Shown: piece by piece, positions 27,173-37,043 of the stretch | Layout: each line of letters starts with the position of its first letter | Numbering within the stretch: position 1 is the stretch's first letter | Origin: Mycobacterium kyogaense | GTDB taxonomy: Bacteria > Actinomycetota > Actinomycetes > Mycobacteriales > Mycobacteriaceae | Assembly: GCF_036946525.1 (NCBI RefSeq) | Contig: NZ_JAQIIY010000019.1 | Span: forward strand, 45,458 to 109,457 | DNA length: 64,000 nt | Reading direction: 5' to 3' | The notes under the pieces: generated by a model | Told to the model about the DNA's origin: nothing | What the model saw: the letters and a program-made list of their open reading frames with translations, nothing else | The model's database searches: none | Position numbers and translations under genes: made by a program

Positions 27173-28713
27173 CCGCCGCGTCGACGGCACCGCTGGTGAT
27201 CGCGGTCGACTGCTCGACCACCGCCGCGAAGGCGATCGTCGTCGACGCCGCCGGCCGGGTCGTGGGCGAGGGGAGTCAGGCCCTGGACACCCGAAGCCCG
27301 GTCCCGCACTGGTTCGAGCAGGACGCCACCCAGTGGTGGACCGCCACCGATGCGGCCATCCAGGCTGCGCTGCATGATATTTCGGACCGCAGCGCCGTCG
27401 CCGCGGTGTGCGTGACCCATCAACGCGAAAGCTTCGTCTGTCTCGACGAGGACGCATCGCCGATTCGGCCGGCGATCCTGTGGCTCGACGGGCGGGCCGA
27501 GGCCGAGGTCCGCACCTACGGCACCGAACGCGTGGAACTGTTGTCGGGCAAGCCCGCCGACATCACCCCCGGGCTCTACAAGCTGCTGTGGCTGCGTGAT
27601 CACGAACCCGACACCATGGCGCGCTGCCACCGCGTCGCCGACGTGCACACCTACCTGGTGCACACCATGACTGGTCGCTGGGTGTCGAGCACCGCATCGG
27701 TCGATCCCCTGGCTGTGATCGACCAGAGCACAGGCGATTACAGCGACGAGTTGCTCGACCTCGCCGGGCTGCGCCGAGACCAGCTGCCCGAGCTCGTCAC
27801 GAGCGGATCAACCGTCGCGGCACTGCGGCCCGAGATCGCTGACGCGTGGGGCGTGGGCCACGACGTCGCGGTCGTCGCCGGCACGGGCGACGGCCAGGCC
27901 GGCGGTATCGGACTGGGCGTGACGGATCCGGGCGCGGCCTACCTGGTTCTCGGGACGGCCGTGGTGATCGGCAGCGAGACCAAATCCTACGTTCCGGCAC
28001 GGGCGTACCGGTCGATGATCTCGGCCATGCCCGGGCAGTCCACGGTGGAGACGTTCAGTTCGTCGGGTACCTACCTGTCGACCTGGTTCCGCCGCGAGTT
28101 CGGCGACCCGGGCCTGGCCGGCGCGCCCGACCCTGCGCTGGAGAGTGCGGCCGCGGCGCTGCCGATCGGCAGTGAACGGCTGATGACGCTGCCCTACTGG
28201 AACGGCGCCCAGACGCCGCACTGGGACGGGCAGGCCTCGGGAGTGACGTTGGGGTGGCAGGGATGTCACACCCGCGCACACTTCTATCGATCCCTGCTGG
28301 AGGGCATCGCACTCGAACTGCGGCTGCAACTCGACGGTCTCGAGGCCGCGCGCGGCGAGCGGGTCGAGGTGATCCGCGCGACCGGCGGAGGAGCACGCAG
28401 CGCGCTGTGGACCCAGATTCTGGCCGACGTCTTCGACCGACCGCTGCAGGTCTGCGCGTCCGGTGAGGTGAGCGCGCTCGGCGCGGCGGCGATCGCGCTG
28501 ACCGCGGTGGGCGCGTACGACTCGCTGCCCGCGGCCGCTGCGGCGATCAGCACCACCGACGCCGTCGTCGCACCCCGCCCGGACGCGGCCGCCGCCTATC
28601 GGCGCCTGCGCGCACTCTACGAGCAGGTCTACGCGCAGACCCGCGGCCTGCTGCACACCCTGCACGACACACCCCTGACCGAAACACCCCTGTCGAAGGA
28701 GAATTCACCGTGA
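27169..28713 (+). CDS. FGGY family carbohydrate kinase (xylulokinase-like)
   Basis: LVIAVDCSTTAAKAIVVD...GTGDGQAGGIG...ATGGGARS. GTGA overlap with the deoR stop. Confidence 0.9.
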   Translation: MTAASTAPLVIAVDCSTTAAKAIVVDAAGRVVGEGSQALDTRSPVPHWFEQDATQWWTATDAAIQAALHDISDRSAVAAVCVTHQRESFVCLDEDASPIRPAILWLDGRAEAEVRTYGTERVELLSGKPADITPGLYKLLWLRDHEPDTMARCHRVADVHTYLVHTMTGRWVSSTASVDPLAVIDQSTGDYSDELLDLAGLRRDQLPELVTSGSTVAALRPEIADAWGVGHDVAVVAGTGDGQAGGIGLGVTDPGAAYLVLGTAVVIGSETKSYVPARAYRSMISAMPGQSTVETFSSSGTYLSTWFRREFGDPGLAGAPDPALESAAAALPIGSERLMTLPYWNGAQTPHWDGQASGVTLGWQGCHTRAHFYRSLLEGIALELRLQLDGLEAARGERVEVIRATGGGARSALWTQILADVFDRPLQVCASGEVSALGAAAIALTAVGAYDSLPAAAAAISTTDAVVAPRPDAAAAYRRLRALYEQVYAQTRGLLHTLHDTPLTETPLSKENSP

Positions 28714-29747
28714 GAGCCGCCATGTTCTACGGGCCCGGCGAACTACGGCTGGAGGACATCGGCTCCACCGAGCCTGCGCCGGGCGAGATCCTCGTCGAGG
28801 TCCGCGCCGCCGCGACGTGCGGAACCGACCTGAAGTCCTACCGGCGCGGCCACCCCAAGCTGTTCCCGACTCTGCCGTCGCGTTTCGGTCACGAGTTCGC
28901 CGGTGTGGTCACCGCCGTCGGCGACGGTGTCGAGCGCTTCTCCGTGGGCGACCGCGTCACCGCCGCCAACACCGTGCCGTGCGGGTACTGCTGGGCGTGT
29001 ATCCGCCACCGCGAAAGCCTCTGCGAGAACCTCGAATTCCTCAACGGCGCCTTCGCCGAGGAGGTGGTGATCCCTGCAGCGATCGTGGCCCGCAACACCT
29101 ACACGCTGCCCGACGACCTCGACTTCGCCGACGCCGCGCCGCTGGAGCCGCTGGCCACGGTGGTACACGGAATGGCCGAGACGGGAATCGAACTCGGCGA
29201 CACCGTCGTGGTGCACGGGGCGGGGCCGATCGGGCTGATGTTCGTGCGGCTGGCCACCCTGCGGGGCGCCAACGTGATCTCGGTCGACCAGTCGCCATGG
29301 CGGCTGCAGCAGGCTCTTCGGGCCGGCGCCGTCGACACCATCGACCTGTCCGAGGTATCCGACTTCGGGGACCGGGTGGCGCTGATCAAACGCCACACGC
29401 CCCACGGTCGCGGCGCCGACGTCGGGATTGAAGCGGTCGGGCTGCCGCAGGTGTGGGAGCAGACCGTCCGCACGCTGCGGCCCGGCGCGACGGCCGTGCT
29501 CTTCGGTGGAACACCCGCTGGCGCAGCGTTTTCCGTCGACTCCAGCGCGATGCACTACGAGGAGTACACCCTCAAGGGCGTGTTCCACCACACCCCGAAC
29601 TACGTGCGCACCGCCGTCGAACTGCTGTCCACCCGCAAGGTGGACGGCTCGATGCTGGTGACCGAACGCCGGCCGCTGTCGGAGCTGGTGCCCAGCCTCG
29701 AGGACATGGCCGCCGGCCGCGGATCGAAATACATCCTCGAGCCATGA
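28710..29747 (+). CDS. zinc-dependent medium-chain polyol/alcohol dehydrogenase
   Basis: CGTDL...GHEFAGVV...C..C..C.......C structural zinc site, GAGPIGLM Rossmann motif. GTGA overlap with the kinase stop. Confidence 0.9.
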   Translation: MRAAMFYGPGELRLEDIGSTEPAPGEILVEVRAAATCGTDLKSYRRGHPKLFPTLPSRFGHEFAGVVTAVGDGVERFSVGDRVTAANTVPCGYCWACIRHRESLCENLEFLNGAFAEEVVIPAAIVARNTYTLPDDLDFADAAPLEPLATVVHGMAETGIELGDTVVVHGAGPIGLMFVRLATLRGANVISVDQSPWRLQQALRAGAVDTIDLSEVSDFGDRVALIKRHTPHGRGADVGIEAVGLPQVWEQTVRTLRPGATAVLFGGTPAGAAFSVDSSAMHYEEYTLKGVFHHTPNYVRTAVELLSTRKVDGSMLVTERRPLSELVPSLEDMAAGRGSKYILEP

Positions 29748-30394
29748 GACTGCACGAGCAGCGGCAGCAGGTCGTCGACGCCTGCCAGTACCTCAGCCGC
29801 TCGGGCCTGGTGGTCGGCACCGCGGGCAACGTGTCGATCCGGGTCGACGATCTCGTCGTCATCTCACCCAGCGGTGTCGACTACGAGGCGATGTCGGCGC
29901 GAGACGTCGGCATCCACGACCTGGACGGCGCCGCCGTCGACGCGGTGCTCGCGCCGTCGAGCGAGTTGGCCCTGCACCTGGCGGTCTATCGGTCCTCGGC
30001 CCATACGGCCGTCGTGCACACCCATGCGCCTGCATCGACCGCGCTGTCCACGGTCGTCGACGAAGTGTCTGCGTCGCACTACTATTCGGCGCTGTTCGGC
30101 GGCCCGGTCCGCGTCGCCCCGTACGCCACCTTCGGCACGCAGCAGCTGGCGGACAACGTCACCGCCGCACTGCGCGACCGCACCGCGGCGCTGATGGGCA
30201 ACCACGGCGCGGTGCTGGCGGGTGCGGCGCTACCCAAGGTGCTGAACCTGGTGCCCTACCTCGAGTACGTGTGCGACGTGCAGCTGCGGGCCATGGCCAC
30301 CGGCGCGCCCGTGCGGGTCCTCGACGACGCCGAGATCGCCGAGGTGGGCCGGCTGCTGGCCGGCTACGGGCAGCAGGCGTCCGGGAAGGACTGA
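29744..30394 (+). CDS. class II aldolase/adducin-fold enzyme (FucA/AraD-like aldolase, epimerase or isomerase)
   Basis: GTAGNVSIR...SSELALHLAVY...VVHTHAP...NHGAV. ATGA overlap with the dehydrogenase stop. Confidence 0.85.
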   Translation: MRLHEQRQQVVDACQYLSRSGLVVGTAGNVSIRVDDLVVISPSGVDYEAMSARDVGIHDLDGAAVDAVLAPSSELALHLAVYRSSAHTAVVHTHAPASTALSTVVDEVSASHYYSALFGGPVRVAPYATFGTQQLADNVTAALRDRTAALMGNHGAVLAGAALPKVLNLVPYLEYVCDVQLRAMATGAPVRVLDDAEIAEVGRLLAGYGQQASGKD

Positions 30395-30401
30395 CGAAAC
30401 A

Positions 30402-30430
30402 GGGGCCGGTCGCAGTGTGCGACCGGCCCC
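30402..30430. terminator. bidirectional terminator hairpin between convergent operons (13-bp perfect stem, 3-nt loop)
   Basis: GGGGCCGGTCGCA-gtg-TGCGACCGGCCCC sits between stop 30394 (+) and stop 30447 (-). Confidence 0.7.
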
Positions 30431-30446
30431 AGCTTCGTGTGATGCG

Positions 30447-31496
30447 TCAGGGCTGCTTCTGGCCCGGGATTCCCTCATAGGCGATGTCGCCGGTCTTGAG
30501 GTTCTGTGTGGTCAGCTCGGAGAGCCCGTCGAGGAACTTCTGCCGGTCGGTCACCACGTGCTGGATCGCGACGTCGACGTTGTCCTTGGTGATGGCAGGC
30601 ATGAGGTAGACCGGCTTGGTGTTGACCTCTTCCTTCTTGGCCAGGGCGTTGGCCACGGCCAATCCGGCGGAGAGCTCCACGGTGCCGTTCTGCAAAGAGG
30701 TGCCGATGAATTCACCGCTCTTGACCGCGTTCAGGCCGTCCTCGATGCCGTCGATACCGACGATCGGGACGTCGTTGCGGCCGGACTCCTTGAGAGCCTG
30801 CAGGGCGCCGAGACCCATGTCGTCGTTCTCGGAGACCACGGCGTTGATCTGGGGACCGAAGCCGGAGATCCAGTTCTTCATCTTGTTGACGGCCTCGTCG
30901 CGCTTCCAGTTGGCCGTGTCCTTGGCCAGCACCTTGATGTCCGGGTACTTGGCGAGCACGTTGTTGATGCCCTTGGTGCGGTCCAGCTCGCCGGACTGAC
31001 CCAGCGGGCCCTGCAGGATCACGATGTTGCCCTTGCCACCGAGGTGGTCGGCCATCATCTGCATCTCCTGCTCACCGGCCTTGACGTCGTCGGGCTGCAC
31101 GCTGCCGGCGACGTCCGGGTTGTTCAGCGCTGCGTTGACGGCCACCAGCGGGATGCCCTTGGCCTTGGCGCTGGCGACCTGCGGTCCGAGCGAATCCGCC
31201 TGGATGGGAACGACGATGATCGCGTCGACGCCCTGGTTGACCATCGAGTCGATCTGGCTGGCCTGCGTGGACACGTCGAGATTGGCGGAGTTCCAGACCA
31301 ATTCGATGTTGTTGTCCTTCGCGTAGGCCTCCATGCCCTCTTTGCCCGCGGTGATGAACGAGCTCATGTCGTACACCGTGACGCCGATGCGCTTGGTGTC
31401 CGCGTTGGAGGTGGTGTCTCCGGCTCCGCAGGCGGTCAGCGCTGTGCCGACGACACCCACCGAGGCCATCGCCGCGATCTTGGTGAGCAATCTCAT
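30447..31496 (-). CDS. sugar/polyol ABC transporter substrate-binding lipoprotein
   Basis: Lipobox ...[10 protein letters not shown]. Periplasmic binding protein type I pattern. Confidence 0.9.
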   Translation of the reverse strand: MRLLTKIAAMASVGVVGTALTACGAGDTTSNADTKRIGVTVYDMSSFITAGKEGMEAYAKDNNIELVWNSANLDVSTQASQIDSMVNQGVDAIIVVPIQADSLGPQVASAKAKGIPLVAVNAALNNPDVAGSVQPDDVKAGEQEMQMMADHLGGKGNIVILQGPLGQSGELDRTKGINNVLAKYPDIKVLAKDTANWKRDEAVNKMKNWISGFGPQINAVVSENDDMGLGALQALKESGRNDVPIVGIDGIEDGLNAVKSGEFIGTSLQNGTVELSAGLAVANALAKKEEVNTKPVYLMPAITKDNVDVAIQHVVTDRQKFLDGLSELTTQNLKTGDIAYEGIPGQKQP

Positions 31497-31561
31497 GGGT
31501 TCTCTCTATCTTTCGTTGTCAGGTTGCCAGCGTTTACAACTCGGTCCAGGTTCGGCTGTCG

Positions 31562-32602
31562 TCAGGTACGCCTCCTGGAGGACCAGACGTCCACCGCGAC
31601 CGCGGCGACGATCAGCACACCCTTGATGACGTCTTGCCAGTACGCCGGGACGACGAGGATGTCGAGGCCGTTGTTCAGCGTCATGATCATGAACAGGCCG
31701 AGCGCGGTACCCCAGATGCTGCCGCGTCCGCCCATCAGGCTGGCTCCGCCGATCACGACCGCTGCGATGGCGTCGAGTTCGTAGCCCTGGCCCAGATTCG
31801 GCGGGCCGGAGATGACACGGGACGCGAGCATGACGCCCGAAAGCCCGGCCAGCAGACCGGAAATCGCGTAGACGCTGAACAGGACGTTCTTGGCGTTGAT
31901 ACCGGCGATCTCGGCCGCGTTGCGGTTGCCGCCGACCGCGTACACCCGCATGCCGTAGGTGGTGCGCTTCATGATGATCGCCAGCGCGATGATGCCGATG
32001 ATCATCAGAAGCACCGGGATCTGCAGGCCGAGGATCTTGGTGTTGGCGATGGAGCCGAACTCCGCCGGCAGCCCGTTGATCGGCGCCCCGCCACCGATCA
32101 CGTATGCCAGACCGGAGCCCGCTGTCAGTGTGCCCAACGTCGCGATGAACGGTGGAACGTTGATGCGCGACACCAGGAATCCGTTCACACAGCCCACCGC
32201 CAGGCCGACCAGGACGGCCACCAGCACGGTCATCCACACCTGGCCGGGGTTGGCCTTGGCCGTCGCGGCGGCCGACATCGCCGACACCGCGATCACGCTG
32301 CCCACGGACAGGTCGATGCCGCCGGTCAGGATCACCAACGTCTGCCCGAGCGCGATCAGCGCGAATGGTGCCGCGGCCACCAGGATGGTGACCAGGTTCT
32401 CGGGGGTGGAGAAGCGCGCACTGCGGTAGCTGAAGTAGGCGATGACCAGCAGCACCACGATCACCATGGAGTAGCGCAGCAGTACACCCGAAATCCACTG
32501 CCGGGAGAACAGTTTCACCGGCTCGCCGGTGATCGGCGAGGCGACGGTCGGGGCAGCCGACGGGCCGGGCGGCTGCGCGCTGCTGTCGACGTCGGTACTC
32601 AT
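31562..32602 (-). CDS. sugar ABC transporter permease
   Basis: 346-aa polytopic RbsC-type permease. ATGA-type overlap with the upstream ATPase gene. Confidence 0.9.
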   Translation of the reverse strand: MSTDVDSSAQPPGPSAAPTVASPITGEPVKLFSRQWISGVLLRYSMVIVVLLVIAYFSYRSARFSTPENLVTILVAAAPFALIALGQTLVILTGGIDLSVGSVIAVSAMSAAATAKANPGQVWMTVLVAVLVGLAVGCVNGFLVSRINVPPFIATLGTLTAGSGLAYVIGGGAPINGLPAEFGSIANTKILGLQIPVLLMIIGIIALAIIMKRTTYGMRVYAVGGNRNAAEIAGINAKNVLFSVYAISGLLAGLSGVMLASRVISGPPNLGQGYELDAIAAVVIGGASLMGGRGSIWGTALGLFMIMTLNNGLDILVVPAYWQDVIKGVLIVAAVAVDVWSSRRRT

Positions 32603-34131
32603 GAAGCCTCCTGCTGCGGGGTCGTTGATCTGCTGTCGAGTGCGGTGGCCAGGCGGAAGACCGATTCCTGGACCTCGGGGTGGTCGAGGGCGTCGCGGTC
32701 GAGCTCGCCGACGAACGTGCCTTCGCGCATGACGAATGCGCGGTGGGAGAGCCCCACGATCTCGGGCATGTCCGACGACGCCATCAGCACCGCCATCCCA
32801 TTGGCCGCGAATTCAGTGACAATGCGGTAGATCTCGCTGCGCGCCCCGACGTCGACGCCACGGGTCGGCTCGTCGAGCAGCAGCACGTTGACGTCCCCGG
32901 TGAGCCAGCGCGCCAGCACCACCTTCTGCTGGTTGCCACCGGAGAGCGTGCCGACCTCCTGGCTCAGCCCGCGCGTCTTGAGGCGCACCGACGACATCAC
33001 CTCGGATACCGCCTTGTTGCGGGCCCGGGCGCGCAACCAGCCGCCCAGCGAGAACGACGAGAGGCGGGGCAGGGTGCCGTTGTCGAGCACGCTCATCGAC
33101 AGCACCACCCCGGACAGCTTTCGGTCCTCGGGCACCATCGCCATGCCCGCGGTGATCGCCGCCGCGGGCTGATTGCGCTTGACGGCCTTGCCGCGCACCG
33201 TGATCTGGCCCGCGCTGCTGGACCGTGCGCCGAAGACGGCCTCCAGCAGTTCGGTGCGGCCTGCGCCGACGAGACCGGCCAAACCCACGATCTCGCCGGC
33301 GTGCACTGTGAACGACACCGGCCCGGAAGCGCCGTCGACCTGTAGGTCGCGCACCTCGAGGACGGGATCGGTGCCCGGTGTCGGGCGGTCGGGAAAAAGA
33401 GCGTCCAGTTCGCGGCCGATCATCGCGGTCACGATGTCGTCGTCGCTGACGTCGCCGATCGGCTTGTCGAGGATGAGCCCGCCGTCGCGCAGCACGACGA
33501 CACGGTCGGCGATCGCACGGATCTCGGCCATCTTGTGGGTGGTGTACACCATGGCCACGCCGTGCTCACGCAGCCGGCGCACCACCTTGTAGAGACCTTC
33601 CACCTCGCGTTCGGAGATCGCGGAGGTGGGCTCGTCGAGCATCACCACCTGCGCGCCGGTGCTCGCCGCCTTGACGATCTCGACGATCTGGCGCAGCCCG
33701 ACCGGCAGGCTGCCCATCCGCGCGGACGGGTCGATCGCGACGCCGAAAACGGCAAGCGCGTCGCGCGCCTGGTCGATCATCGCGCGCCGGTTCAGGAACG
33801 GGCCGACGGTGAGTTCCCGCCCCACGAACAGGTTTTCGTAGACCGACATGTTCTCGATCGAGGCCAGCTCCTGCGGCACGATCGCCACGCCGTGGCGCAC
33901 CGCGTCCTTGGTGTTGCCCGGCGTCAGCGTCGCGTCGCCGACCGTGACGGTGCCATGGTCGGCGCTGTACTGGCCGCTGATGATCTTCATCAACGTGGAC
34001 TTGCCCGCGCCGTTCTCGCCGGCCAGTGCGGTGACCGTGCCCGGCTGCAGATCCAGCGTGATGCCTTCGAGCACCGGCACGCCGCCGAAGCTCTTGCGAA
34101 TGTCGTTGCACTGCAACACAGGTGAGGTCAT
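32599..34131 (-). CDS. sugar ABC transporter ATP-binding protein (duplicated NBD)
   Basis: [17 protein letters not shown], two NBDs. Overlaps both neighbouring genes by 4 nt. Confidence 0.95.
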   Translation of the reverse strand: MTSPVLQCNDIRKSFGGVPVLEGITLDLQPGTVTALAGENGAGKSTLMKIISGQYSADHGTVTVGDATLTPGNTKDAVRHGVAIVPQELASIENMSVYENLFVGRELTVGPFLNRRAMIDQARDALAVFGVAIDPSARMGSLPVGLRQIVEIVKAASTGAQVVMLDEPTSAISEREVEGLYKVVRRLREHGVAMVYTTHKMAEIRAIADRVVVLRDGGLILDKPIGDVSDDDIVTAMIGRELDALFPDRPTPGTDPVLEVRDLQVDGASGPVSFTVHAGEIVGLAGLVGAGRTELLEAVFGARSSSAGQITVRGKAVKRNQPAAAITAGMAMVPEDRKLSGVVLSMSVLDNGTLPRLSSFSLGGWLRARARNKAVSEVMSSVRLKTRGLSQEVGTLSGGNQQKVVLARWLTGDVNVLLLDEPTRGVDVGARSEIYRIVTEFAANGMAVLMASSDMPEIVGLSHRAFVMREGTFVGELDRDALDHPEVQESVFRLATALDSRSTTPQQEAS

Positions 34132-35207
34132 CGGGGCTCCACGATCGACTTGAGGCTGGCCGGGTCCGAGTCGCTCTCCAGCGCTTCGCCGACGTGCTCG
34201 AGGTCGTAGCGGCCGGTCACCATCGCGTCGAGATCGATTGCGCCGCTGGACACCAGGTGGATCGCGGCGGGCCAGGTGTCGGTGTAGCGGAAGATCCCGG
34301 TGAGGTTGATCTCGTTGTTGGCGATGTGGGCGACGGGCAGGGGGTACTCGTCGGCGCCCATGCCCACCAGCACGACGTGCCCCGCCGGGCCGACGGCTTT
34401 GATCCCGCTCATCACCGCCGTGGGCACGCCGGTGGCGTCGACGAACGCGTCCACGGGATCGATGGCGGCGACGTCGACCGCGGTGGGATCGAGCACCTCG
34501 GTCGCGCCGAACTGCAGCGCCTTCTCCCGCCGGGAGGCCACCAGGTCGGTGACGACGATGCGCGCGGCCCCGAACGCGCGGGCGGTCTGTGCGCAGATGA
34601 CGCCGATCGGTCCGGCACCGGCGATCAGGATCGACGTGCCCGGGGCGACGTGCGCCTTACGCATGGTGGCGATGGCGACCGACAGCGGCTCGAGCAGTGC
34701 GGCCGCGTCGTCGGACATCGAATCGGGCACCGGGTGGGCCATGTCGTCGTCGGTGAGGACGTAGCGGCAGAAGGCGCCGTCGATCGGCGGAGTCGCATAG
34801 AACTCGATGTGACGGCACAGGTTGTAGCGGCCCGCCCGGCACTGGGCGCACCGCCGGCACGGATGCTGCGGTTCGACCGCGACGCGCTCGCCGACCCGCT
34901 GCGGGTCGACCCCGGCGCCGACCGCGGCGATGCGACCCGAGAGCTCGTGGCCGAGGATCATCGGCTCCTCGACGACGAAGTCGCCGATGCGGCCGTGCCG
35001 GTAATAGTGCACGTCAGAGCCGCACACGCCGACGGCGGCGACCTCGACGAGAACCTGGTGATCGCCTGGGGTGGGGACCGGTCTGTCCTCGATCCGCAGG
35101 GCGCCGACGCCGGTCATGACACTGGCCCGCATGGTGGCCGGGGTCGATGCGGCGGTATCAGAAACGGCCACGGTCACACTGCACTCCTCGGCACTCCTCG
35201 CGCTCAT
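34128..35207 (-). CDS. zinc-dependent polyol dehydrogenase (sorbitol/xylitol dehydrogenase-like)
   Basis: GVCGSDVHYY...GHELSG...CRRCAQCRAGRYNLC, GAGPIGV. Alternative start at ATG 35132 (MRASVMTG). Confidence 0.9.
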   Translation of the reverse strand: MSARSAEECSVTVAVSDTAASTPATMRASVMTGVGALRIEDRPVPTPGDHQVLVEVAAVGVCGSDVHYYRHGRIGDFVVEEPMILGHELSGRIAAVGAGVDPQRVGERVAVEPQHPCRRCAQCRAGRYNLCRHIEFYATPPIDGAFCRYVLTDDDMAHPVPDSMSDDAAALLEPLSVAIATMRKAHVAPGTSILIAGAGPIGVICAQTARAFGAARIVVTDLVASRREKALQFGATEVLDPTAVDVAAIDPVDAFVDATGVPTAVMSGIKAVGPAGHVVLVGMGADEYPLPVAHIANNEINLTGIFRYTDTWPAAIHLVSSGAIDLDAMVTGRYDLEHVGEALESDSDPASLKSIVEPR

Positions 35208-35260
35208 CTGTTACAAGAGCCGCTCATTTGATCCTTGTGATGTGGATCATTCTCTGGGCT

Positions 35261-35296
35261 ATGCTCACATGTCAAGCACCCATGCTCATATGAGCA
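35261..35296. promoter_or_regulatory. operator-like palindromes in the divergent promoter region (TGCTCACATGTCAAGCA and perfect TGCTCATATGAGCA)
   Basis: Perfect 14-bp palindrome at ~35283-35296, 32 nt upstream of the sorC-type regulator ATG. A related imperfect copy lies at ~35262-35278. Confidence 0.45.
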
Positions 35297-35327
35297 GCGT
35301 TGGTGATCGGGCGAGAGGGGAGGCGAG

Positions 35328-36248
35328 ATGGGGCCGGACGAGCTGTTCCAACGCGCCGTCATCGCCCGCCGCTACTACCTCGAAGGCCGCACCCGCGTCG
35401 AGATCGCCGAAGAATTCGGCCTGTCCCGCTTCAAAGTCGCCCGCATGCTCGAAGAGGCACTCGAATCCGGCATGGTCGAGATCACGATCCACGACCCGGG
35501 CTCCATCGACGTCGGGCTGTCCAGTGCGCTGCAGAAGCGGTACTCACTGCGGCACGCGTATGCCGTTGTTGCGCAATCCAAGAACACCGCAGACCGCGTC
35601 GAAGCCGTCGCCAAGGCGATGGCCGACCTGCTGCAGTCCGTCCTGCACAAGGGCGACGTGATCGGCATCGACTGTGGCCGCACGATGACCCGGATCGCGC
35701 CCTACCTGCACGACCTCCCGCGCTGCGACGTCGTCCAGCTGACCGGGCTGGCCGGCGGACTCACCTCCAACGGGGCCGACCTGACCCGGCGCATCACCGA
35801 GGTCACCGGCGGCAAATCCTGGCCGCTCTACGCCCCCTACGTCGTCGGCGACGCCCGCACGGCCCGCAGCCTCGCGAGCACCCCGCCGATCAAGGACGCG
35901 TTCGCCAACCACGCCCGGGTCACCTGCGCGCTCGTGTCCGTCGGCGGCTGGACCGCCGAAGCCTCGCAGGTGTACACGTCGGTACCCGAGGAGGAGGCCG
36001 CCGCGCTGTACGCGGCGGGAGTGCGGGCCGAGACCTGCGGCCTGTTGCTCGACGCCAACGGTCAGCGCATCGCCGGTCTCGACGAGCGGCGCATGGGCAT
36101 CACCGAACAGGGCCTGCGTGCCATCCCCACCGTCATCGCGATCTGCGCCGGAGCCGAGAAGATCGTCGCCACGCGCGCCGTCCTGCGGTCCGGGCTGATT
36201 TCGGCACTGGTGACCGACACCGAGATCGCGGCCGCAGTCCTCGACTGA
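35328..36248 (+). CDS. SorC/DeoR-type sugar-binding transcriptional regulator
   Basis: N-terminal HTH YYLEGRTRVEIAEEFGLSRFKVARMLEEA plus a SorC sugar-binding domain. Confidence 0.9.
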   Translation: MGPDELFQRAVIARRYYLEGRTRVEIAEEFGLSRFKVARMLEEALESGMVEITIHDPGSIDVGLSSALQKRYSLRHAYAVVAQSKNTADRVEAVAKAMADLLQSVLHKGDVIGIDCGRTMTRIAPYLHDLPRCDVVQLTGLAGGLTSNGADLTRRITEVTGGKSWPLYAPYVVGDARTARSLASTPPIKDAFANHARVTCALVSVGGWTAEASQVYTSVPEEEAAALYAAGVRAETCGLLLDANGQRIAGLDERRMGITEQGLRAIPTVIAICAGAEKIVATRAVLRSGLISALVTDTEIAAAVLD

Positions 36249-36278
36249 TGCTGCGCCACCCAGCGAAAGGACTCCACC

Positions 36279-37043
36279 ATGACCGAGCCGGTAGTCGACC
36301 TGAACTTCCCGCTGACCGGTAAGACCGCGATGGTGACCGGAGGCGCGTCCGGTATCGGCGCCGCCATCGCCGCCGCGTTCGCGACCAAGGGCGCCCGGGT
36401 CGCTGTCGTCGACCTCGACGGTGACGCCGCCCAGCAGCGGGCCGACGAATTGAGTTCTGAGAGCCGGGGATTCGCCGCAGACGTCGCCGACCCGGCGTCG
36501 GTCGCCGCGGCCGTCGACGCCGTCGTCGCCGCGTTCGGACGGATCGACATCCTCGTCAACAGCGCGGGCATCGTCATGCTCGCACCCGCCGAGGACCTGC
36601 CGCTGGACGCGTGGACCAAGACCATCGCGGTCAACCTCACTGGCACGTTCCTGGTCAGCCAGGCGGTCGGGCAGCACATGCTCACCGCCGGCGGAGGCGC
36701 GATCGTCAACATGGCGTCGCAGGCTGCGACCGTGGCCCTCGACCAGCATGTCGCGTACTGCGCGTCGAAGTTCGGTGTCGTCGGCGTGTCCAAGGTGCTC
36801 GCCTCGGAGTGGGGGCCGCGAGGGGTGCGGGTGAACACGATCTCGCCGACCGTGGTGCTCACCGAGCTCGGACGCAAGGCCTGGGACGGCCCGCGCGGCG
36901 ACGAGCTGAAGAAGCAGATCCCCACCGGGCGCTTCGCCTATCCCGACGAAATCGCCGCCGCCGCAGTATTTCTCGCCAGCGATGCCGCCGCAATGATCAC
37001 CGGTGCGGACCTGCTGATCGACGGCGGCTACACGATCCGCTAA
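36279..37043 (+). CDS. SDR family polyol dehydrogenase (GolD/DthD-like by my recollection)
   Basis: TGGASGIG, NSAG, Y-x3-K (YCASK), ISPTVVLTELGRKAW...GRFAYPDEIAAAAVFLASD. Confidence 0.85.
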   Translation: MTEPVVDLNFPLTGKTAMVTGGASGIGAAIAAAFATKGARVAVVDLDGDAAQQRADELSSESRGFAADVADPASVAAAVDAVVAAFGRIDILVNSAGIVMLAPAEDLPLDAWTKTIAVNLTGTFLVSQAVGQHMLTAGGGAIVNMASQAATVALDQHVAYCASKFGVVGVSKVLASEWGPRGVRVNTISPTVVLTELGRKAWDGPRGDELKKQIPTGRFAYPDEIAAAAVFLASDAAAMITGADLLIDGGYTIR

